From Candidatus Thorarchaeota archaeon (GTDB lineage: Archaea; Asgardarchaeota; Thorarchaeia; Thorarchaeales; Thorarchaeaceae): a stretch of 22,760 nt of DNA. The stretch spans positions 1 through 22,760 of the forward strand of contig JAWAQK010000041.1 of assembly GCA_038893995.1 (NCBI GenBank). The letters run 5' to 3'. This document shows, one piece after another, positions 17,154 through 22,760 of this stretch. Each line of letters opens with the position of its first letter. Within the stretch, counting starts at the first letter, position 1. Both the position numbers and the translations under genes were made by a program. The notes below the pieces were generated by a model that worked only from the letters and a program-made list of their open reading frames with translations, did no database searches and was not told the DNA's origin.

Positions 17154-18107
17154 TCACCTCTGTTTCTTCTTGGCCCCGGACTTCTCTGAAGTGGCTATGG
17201 CTACGAACTCATCAACCTGCTTCTGCATCGCCTCGACAAAGCCCTTGTCAAGATTCAGATCCTGCACATCTGCCAATAGTTTCTTGCTCTCCTCAGCAGA
17301 CAGGACTACTAGGTTGTTTCTTGAGGCACTCAGCTTCGAGTAACGTTTCAGTATCTCCTCCGTAGCAGCCTCTAGGTCCAGCTTCTCGTCCCACAATGCC
17401 GCCATCTCGAGACTGTATTCGAGCGAGGTGATGATCTCCTCATAACCTGCTGCGATGCCCAGGACCAGGTTACGCACGTCTCCCTTGGTACGGGTCTCAG
17501 CGCCGTATGACTTGCATGCAAGGAGGGTCTTCAGGTAGAGGGCCAGTTCTTGCCAGGTGACCGAGGTCAGAGTGACTACAGATGGGAAGTTTGCAAGGGG
17601 CCTGACATTGTGTGTCAGGTTCAATGCCTGACCCGTCATCTGTGTGTTCTCCTCCACCGCGTTGAATGTTATGGACTCAAGAAGGTCTTCGTAGGGCTCT
17701 ATTGAGAACGCCGTGGAGTACTCTATTCTGTGCTTGATGTTGTAGTCTGTTCCTTTTACGGACACGCTACCGAAGAGCGCACAGCGGGGACATTTCATGC
17801 AGAGTCTGTCCTTTAGACTGCAGTCGTACTCATGGACCGTTCTCAGAAGTCGCGAAAACATCCTTGACTCCGGAGCCTTCTGCTTCGATGCAAGAAACGC
17901 CACTTTCACGGTCGGCTTCGTTGACCTGATGCTCTCAGGCACCACAACAGTGTTCAGTTCGCGGCTCTCTTCTGTCCGAAGTATCGTGTAGTCGTGCGTC
18001 TGTCTGAGCAAGAGTACCTGGACTACACGTGCGTCAAGCAATGGTGAGATCTTGTCGACTAGGTACGGTTCCAGTTTCTTGAAGCTGATTGGGATCTTTG
18101 CTGACAT
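17154..18107 (-). CDS. cas7: Type I-D Cas7 (Csc2)
   Basis: LRQTHDY...RTE, SKQKAPE.R, Zn-finger C...C.KCPRCALFG, RIEYSTAFS, TFNA, F.SVVTL, YGAETR..G motifs. Confidence 0.95.
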   Translation of the reverse strand: MSAKIPISFKKLEPYLVDKISPLLDARVVQVLLLRQTHDYTILRTEESRELNTVVVPESIRSTKPTVKVAFLASKQKAPESRMFSRLLRTVHEYDCSLKDRLCMKCPRCALFGSVSVKGTDYNIKHRIEYSTAFSIEPYEDLLESITFNAVEENTQMTGQALNLTHNVRPLANFPSVVTLTSVTWQELALYLKTLLACKSYGAETRTKGDVRNLVLGIAAGYEEIITSLEYSLEMAALWDEKLDLEAATEEILKRYSKLSASRNNLVVLSAEESKKLLADVQDLNLDKGFVEAMQKQVDEFVAIATSEKSGAKKKQR

Positions 18108-18716
18108 CTACTCTTTCGCCTCCTTCTTCTTCTTTCTCTGTTCCCAGAACTCCTTGACCAATTCCTGAAGGCCCGAGGGCACGGACCAGGGATCAGGAAC
18201 CTCCTCGAACGAGCCGTACTGCTCTACCTCCGCAAGTTCGTTGACTCTCTCGATTGTACCAAACTTACCCTTTAGCCACTCTTGGAACTCTCTCTGCACG
18301 AAGGCTCTCTGGCCGACTACCTTGTCTCGATATGCTCTGAAGAACACCTCGTCATCGAGGTCCTCTACTGTTCTGAGCCATTTCGTTGGTGGGAGTAGAC
18401 TCCTCAAGTGCTGGAGGTGCCTCACCGCCTCGTCAAGTGCCTCCGCGGCGGTCGCAGGTACAGCTCCGGCCTGCTGGTTCTTCTGGACATTCAGGACGTA
18501 TCCCTTCACGGCCTCCCAGTTGATGTCACCTGTTGTAGTGAGCCGTGTGAGCAACTTGCCCACAGGACCCATGAGTGAATGCTTTGAGTCACTCTGAGGT
18601 CCCTCTGGCCTGAATGTCTTGAGATACTTGACCAGTGCCTCTGCGGCCTCAGATCTGGTCTTTACTACTTCCTTGATGTCGAACTTCTCTTCTTCTCTAC
18701 TCATTCGGATTGCCAT
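18108..18716 (-). CDS. cas11: Stand-alone Cas11 (small subunit) with C-terminal extension
   Basis: Lies between cas10d and cas7; helical; SKHSLMGPV resembles the Cas10d C-terminal/Cas11d region; own SD GAGGTGATC before ATG 18716 (202 aa). Confidence 0.7.
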   Translation of the reverse strand: MAIRMSREEEKFDIKEVVKTRSEAAEALVKYLKTFRPEGPQSDSKHSLMGPVGKLLTRLTTTGDINWEAVKGYVLNVQKNQQAGAVPATAAEALDEAVRHLQHLRSLLPPTKWLRTVEDLDDEVFFRAYRDKVVGQRAFVQREFQEWLKGKFGTIERVNELAEVEQYGSFEEVPDPWSVPSGLQELVKEFWEQRKKKKEAKE

Positions 18717-18732
18717 CTGATCACCTCTATCT

Positions 18733-21420
18733 TCATGTTGTATGATCTTCACGTATGCTTGGTAGCACCTCGAGGAGGGCTACCAGGCGCGACTTCTCAG
18801 CATGGCTGAGTCTTGACCAATCCTCATGTTCAGAACGTCTGAGGACTGCGCCCCTGCTCATGCTGGCGAGTCGGAGCATGCTGTCCTTTCCGAGTCCCTT
18901 TACGTAACTCATCGAGATCAGCTGTAGTGCTGCCAGGTTGCGGAGGGCGGTCCTGAGCTCATGCAGTTGTGGTTCTGTTGAGACGTCAAGTTGCGCGAGT
19001 GCTCTCTCTGCAGGGGGAGGTATCTGCACTCGGACTATGCCCTCCATCGAGAGGTCTGTGATGGGTTCGAAACCCTCCGTCACAATCACTCTTGCGTAGA
19101 ACACCTTCGCGATGATGAGGGCGAGAAGATACATGCGAAGAGTGCTCGTGCTGTGTGACTCCTCGTCATCCAGACGGGGTAGCTCTCTGAAGAAGACAAA
19201 CATGTGGCTAGGGGTCAAACATGCAGTGCCCTGGGTCCTTGTGGGACCCTTGTAGTCAGCCAGAATCCCCTCCTTGATCATCACGAGCCCCCTGATGTGT
19301 GCCCTGGCAAGGTCTTCCATGTTCCTTATCTGCGGGGACGGCGTGACAAGCACATCATAAGGGACCCTACTGAAGTCCCCCCAGTCCTCAAGGAACTTTA
19401 CGAGTCTACTGACATTATCATTAGATGGCCTCAGGGCCCTTGCTAGCTCAATGGCATTGTCGAGCGGTCTGTCATGAGCCAACCGATTGTAGACCTCCGA
19501 CATGTTCCACATGGACGCCATTGAGTTGCCCAGCCGTTCGGTGCGCACCAGTGCCTCCACACCAGCTGCCCATTGCCTTGCCAGGTCGGGACTCAGGTAG
19601 ATGTCTGGAATGACTATGAATGTTGCAGCAGGAGCGGAGGGGAAGTAGAATGCACGGAATGTGGACTCCAGTCTGCAGAGGGGACATACTTGAGCCTTGT
19701 ATCCCTTTCCTATCCTTGCCCCGGCCTTGAGCAGGTTTGAGAACCGCTGTGATCCATCACCAAAGAGGGTGGCCGGCGCATCATCTTCTGCGATTGCTCC
19801 ACAGAAGCTACAGACTCTCTGAGTCTGGTCCTTCCCCTTCAGATACCTCTGAAATGTGTCATTGGCGACCCTCTTCAGACTTTCGGACGTAGACATACGG
19901 ACTGGGAGGTGCTCGATGTCCGCGAGCAGAAGTACTACTGTCTCATGGGTGAAGATGTCTGGCATAGAGCCCGAGAACGCTAGCAGGATTTCCCTCAGTA
20001 CTTGGATGAACCTCTGTTCGAGCACACCCCTTCTGTCGCTCTTGAGATGCAGATTGTTACGACCCACGTCCCAGAGCCTTGCTACAGTATCGACCTGATC
20101 GATCTTAGTTTCTGACGCCTTCCTAGCTATCGGAGTCGTATGCGAGATTCCGCTCAGCTCATCGAGTGTGAAGGAGAGCCCATTCTTGCTCAGAATGTCA
20201 TTCATCCTCTGTACAGGATTCTGTCCTTGGCTCCCGTTCCTGGCGTATTCACCGTACGTCTTGATCAGGTCCGCAACGTACACGAAGAGATAGAAGTCTC
20301 CGACCATCTTCGCCAGAATGCTCGCATCCGTATCAGGACTACCACCTGAGCCGCAGCTCCTCAGGAAGTCCCGTATGCGCTGTATCTGGTCTGGGTCTAG
20401 CTTCCCGTCTTTCGCGTCCAGAATCTCCCCGACGTCCTTTGCCTCCTTATTCATGGCCGGCATCGAAGAGAGATGCCGTACTATTTGCGGGATGTCATCA
20501 GCACGGATCAGCTGGGGACAGGGCCACTTGGTCTGTGTGAACGGTCCTATGACTGCGTTTAGCAGCCCGAGTCTATACTCCTCTGACGACTGGAAAAGCG
20601 CTATCTGCCTCCTGATGGCGGCTTCAAGCAATGTCTGCGCATCGTCAATCTGTTTCGGCTCCCCGACACACACGTAGGCGACTCCCCTCGGGAAATAGGC
20701 TATAGGGATGTAGCCTGCACTCCTCATGACATCAATTATTGCCTCATTCAGGAAGCTTGTGATCAGCCCTCGTATCGTCGTGATCTCGTGGTACTCGAAT
20801 GAGACATTGGTTCCCTGTGGAAGTGCGAGATCATGCTTCTTTCCAACGATGTCCTTTGGTTCCTTCATGCTCGCAATGCTGTCAGCCATTCTCACCAGTG
20901 GGACTAGTTCATCAGCAGCTCCGACCTGATTTCGTCGTTTCGAGGACACAGCAGGACTCTCAGTGTCGTGTGTGTATACGACCATGTTCAGTAGCCTTGG
21001 AAGGTGTGGGACAATCCTCTCACTGGCACCCTGTGCATTGATCTTCGCCTCAATCTCCCTCAGGAGTTCTTCGAGTTTCTGCCCCTGTTCTTCAGAGCCA
21101 TCATCGTGGTCGAATGTGCCGTCGGGCGGTCTTTCGCCACGCAGGAACGAAATGGCTGCGTCTTGCCATCTCCTCTCGGCCTTCTGGTAGTCGTGCAGAA
21201 ACGCGCCAAGACATCCGAGTACTAGATCGTCGCCAGACAGGCCATAGATACTTGCACCCAACTCTTTTGCGATAGAGAATGCATTCACGGAGTGGACCAG
21301 TAGAGACTGTTTGTTCTTGGAGGAGAACTTTGCGTAGCAGTATCCCCAGCCTCGCTCTATCGAGACCGAGAGCAGGGCCTGCAGCAGTTGATTCAGTCTC
21401 TGATCTAGATCCTCGCTCAT
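18733..21420 (-). CDS. cas10d: Type I-D large subunit Cas10d (Csc3) with N-terminal HD nuclease
   Basis: QSLLVHSVN...FLHDYQK HD domain, ADSIAS, YHE....RG..T..LN, Zn finger CSFCG...CPLC..E; no GGDD; 895 aa. Confidence 0.92.
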   Translation of the reverse strand: MSEDLDQRLNQLLQALLSVSIERGWGYCYAKFSSKNKQSLLVHSVNAFSIAKELGASIYGLSGDDLVLGCLGAFLHDYQKAERRWQDAAISFLRGERPPDGTFDHDDGSEEQGQKLEELLREIEAKINAQGASERIVPHLPRLLNMVVYTHDTESPAVSSKRRNQVGAADELVPLVRMADSIASMKEPKDIVGKKHDLALPQGTNVSFEYHEITTIRGLITSFLNEAIIDVMRSAGYIPIAYFPRGVAYVCVGEPKQIDDAQTLLEAAIRRQIALFQSSEEYRLGLLNAVIGPFTQTKWPCPQLIRADDIPQIVRHLSSMPAMNKEAKDVGEILDAKDGKLDPDQIQRIRDFLRSCGSGGSPDTDASILAKMVGDFYLFVYVADLIKTYGEYARNGSQGQNPVQRMNDILSKNGLSFTLDELSGISHTTPIARKASETKIDQVDTVARLWDVGRNNLHLKSDRRGVLEQRFIQVLREILLAFSGSMPDIFTHETVVLLLADIEHLPVRMSTSESLKRVANDTFQRYLKGKDQTQRVCSFCGAIAEDDAPATLFGDGSQRFSNLLKAGARIGKGYKAQVCPLCRLESTFRAFYFPSAPAATFIVIPDIYLSPDLARQWAAGVEALVRTERLGNSMASMWNMSEVYNRLAHDRPLDNAIELARALRPSNDNVSRLVKFLEDWGDFSRVPYDVLVTPSPQIRNMEDLARAHIRGLVMIKEGILADYKGPTRTQGTACLTPSHMFVFFRELPRLDDEESHSTSTLRMYLLALIIAKVFYARVIVTEGFEPITDLSMEGIVRVQIPPPAERALAQLDVSTEPQLHELRTALRNLAALQLISMSYVKGLGKDSMLRLASMSRGAVLRRSEHEDWSRLSHAEKSRLVALLEVLPSIREDHTT

Positions 21421-21474
21421 TGCCAGAATTCTTCCTTGAGTATGATTTCTGGTTCAATCAGTCCCGTGTGATAG

Positions 21475-21482
21475 ATATAAAA
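21475..21482 (-). promoter_or_regulatory. Putative TATA box of the cas10d operon
   Basis: TTTTATAT on the minus strand, ~55 nt upstream of the cas10d ATG; AAGGAAG SD-like site before the start. Confidence 0.6.
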
Positions 21483-21495
21483 CATCGGCAAGCAA

Positions 21496-21533
21496 GTTTC
21501 AGCCAGGAATGCCACTTTCTGGCTGTTTCGAAC
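21496..21533 (-). repeat. 38-nt palindromic element upstream of the cas10d promoter (operator or solitary CRISPR repeat)
   Basis: GTTCGAAACAGCCAGAAAGTGGCATTCCTGGCTGAAAC, with CAGCCAG/CTGGCTG arms. Confidence 0.5.
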
Positions 21534-21607
21534 AGAGTGTGGCCGACTCCATGTTGTCCCCAGTATGAGGATTAAACTCAGAATGGGCGCTCGATTGACT
21601 CGGCATA

Positions 21608-22246
21608 CTATGAGGTCTGACACTGATCTGCAAATCCACAACCTGCCTTACCCCGAGAACACTGTCTTCTGTGAGGGGGAACTGTTCCTGACTCCACCAT
21701 TCGCCAGATCGAACTGATCATTTTCTCCGTCCTCTTCTTGAGACTATGTGAGATGTTGACGATCACCGAGGTTTCGTCGTCGAGGTAGTGAACGATCCCT
21801 CTGCGTACGATTGTGTTGTCTACCTCTTCAACGAGTATTGCCAGTACGGCAATCTGGTACTTGTGATCCAGATGCACCTGTCCCCGGTTGCTCCGCATTG
21901 CCTTGAATTCTACAGGGATGCGTTCCCCGCTCGTCGTGATTACGAGCATGTCGACCCTGCCCAGTGTTCCTAGCCGATCCGAGATCAGTAGCCGGTCGAA
22001 TTGTTTTGCAGAGATGTCGAAAGGGAACCTAGACTTCAATAGTGACTGTCGTCTGCCCTCTAGGTCTGCAATCTTCTCATGGACCTTTCTGGCCTCCTCC
22101 TGCTGGGAACCCACTATGGGTCTCAGTCGCATCACCCTAGTGAAGTAGGTGACCATCGGACAGAACATGTACTGCTTCACGTCTGTCACACTCAGGTATT
22201 CATCCTCGATGTCTGTGGTCCTAGAATACTCTGACTCTCTCGCCAA
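21608..22246 (-). CDS. cas4: CRISPR-associated exonuclease Cas4
   Basis: LSVTDVKQYMFCP...YF, GRVDML...PVEFK, three C-terminal Cys; TTG 22246 after GGAGGG, overlapping the end of cas2. Confidence 0.92.
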   Translation of the reverse strand: MARESEYSRTTDIEDEYLSVTDVKQYMFCPMVTYFTRVMRLRPIVGSQQEEARKVHEKIADLEGRRQSLLKSRFPFDISAKQFDRLLISDRLGTLGRVDMLVITTSGERIPVEFKAMRSNRGQVHLDHKYQIAVLAILVEEVDNTIVRRGIVHYLDDETSVIVNISHSLKKRTEKMISSIWRMVESGTVPPHRRQCSRGKAGCGFADQCQTS

Positions 22247-22511
22247 TGCCCTCCATCTCCTTCTCGGCCCCAATGACGATCCTGCCTCTGAAGCAGGGGT
22301 CACATAGTGGGAAGATTATGACCGAGTCTGTCTCATCCCCCTCATTGACCAGTTTCTGCAGGTCGGTCCTGAGCGAACTCAGCACGTGACGCAGTAGTTC
22401 TCCCTGAAACGTGCTGTACTGTATTCTCTCCAGACCGTAGTCCTTGAGACGCTCACTGACTCTCTCCCTGAGTGAGTCATCCGTGATGTCATATACGACT
22501 ATCCAGCGCAC
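22221..22511 (-). CDS. cas2: CRISPR-associated Cas2
   Basis: IVVYDITDD..R.RV...LKDYGLERIQYSTF.GEL, PLC..C; GTG 22511 after GGTGAGG. Confidence 0.95.
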   Translation of the reverse strand: MRWIVVYDITDDSLRERVSERLKDYGLERIQYSTFQGELLRHVLSSLRTDLQKLVNEGDETDSVIIFPLCDPCFRGRIVIGAEKEMEGIGERVRVF

Positions 22512-22516
22512 TGTCC

Positions 22517-22760
22517 TCACCACCGAAGATAGAACGGTTCGTAACGGGCTGATTCTCCACACAGGAACCTCGCGATAGACCAGGCCTGTCTGACGATGAC
22601 GTTTCTCAGCTCGACTTTGGACTCTCGAACCTGGACCCGCTCAGAGAGTCTGTTCACAACTCTGGATGCCACAGCCTCACGTGTAGATTTCGAGAGCATG
22701 TCTGGTTGAACATCGGTCTCGATCTTCAGTTCCTTACCAGTCAGGGAGTGTACCAGCACC
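22517..22760 (-). CDS. cas1: CRISPR-associated Cas1, C-terminal fragment (5' part outside the window)
   Basis: C-terminal I..QA..IARFL.G....Y.PF..RW motif directly upstream of cas2. Confidence 0.88.
   Translation of the reverse strand, partial: VLVHSLTGKELKIETDVQPDMLSKSTREAVASRVVNRLSERVQVRESKVELRNVIVRQAWSIARFLCGESARYEPFYLRW

Noticed and set aside
18733-21420. Type III Cas10 cyclase
   Set aside because: No GGDD motif; Csc1, Csc2 and Cas3' neighbours define type I-D.
21417-21641. 74-aa ORF between cas4 and cas10d
   Set aside because: Spans the TATA box and palindrome, overlaps cas4 and has no motif; treated as intergenic.
1-22760. Bona fide CRISPR array
   Set aside because: No three or more near-identical, regularly spaced repeats found; only isolated repeat-like units. 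The array probably lies outside the window.

Overview
Archaeal genomic window. Evidence: TATA/BRE-like promoters, GAGGTGA-type Shine-Dalgarno (SD) sites and archaeal gene families; an Asgard/Thorarchaeia-like host is my inference only. Left part (1-9323): a partial TPR gene, a PRMT-like SAM methyltransferase, a purine phosphoribosyltransferase, MTA phosphorylase, a tiny hyper-acidic Trp-rich peptide, a ChrB-N/PaaX-like protein and a surface-glycan trio (GT-C glycosyltransferase, Wzx flippase, pyruvyl transferase). Right part (9794-22760, all minus strand): a type I-D CRISPR-Cas locus, cas1(partial)-cas2-cas4 | promoter | cas10d-cas11-cas7(csc2)-cas5(csc1)-cas3'-cas6-csa1-unknown ORF | csa3-like CARF-wHTH - 541-aa tandem Lrp/AsnC-like protein. 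Unusual points: a stand-alone Cas11 with an extra GH42-like helical module, type I-A-style csa1/csa3 genes in a I-D locus, two uncharacterised linked genes, and several solitary CRISPR-repeat-like or hairpin-rich intergenic elements. No bona fide CRISPR array is present in the window. All family calls are motif recognition by eye; no searches were run.
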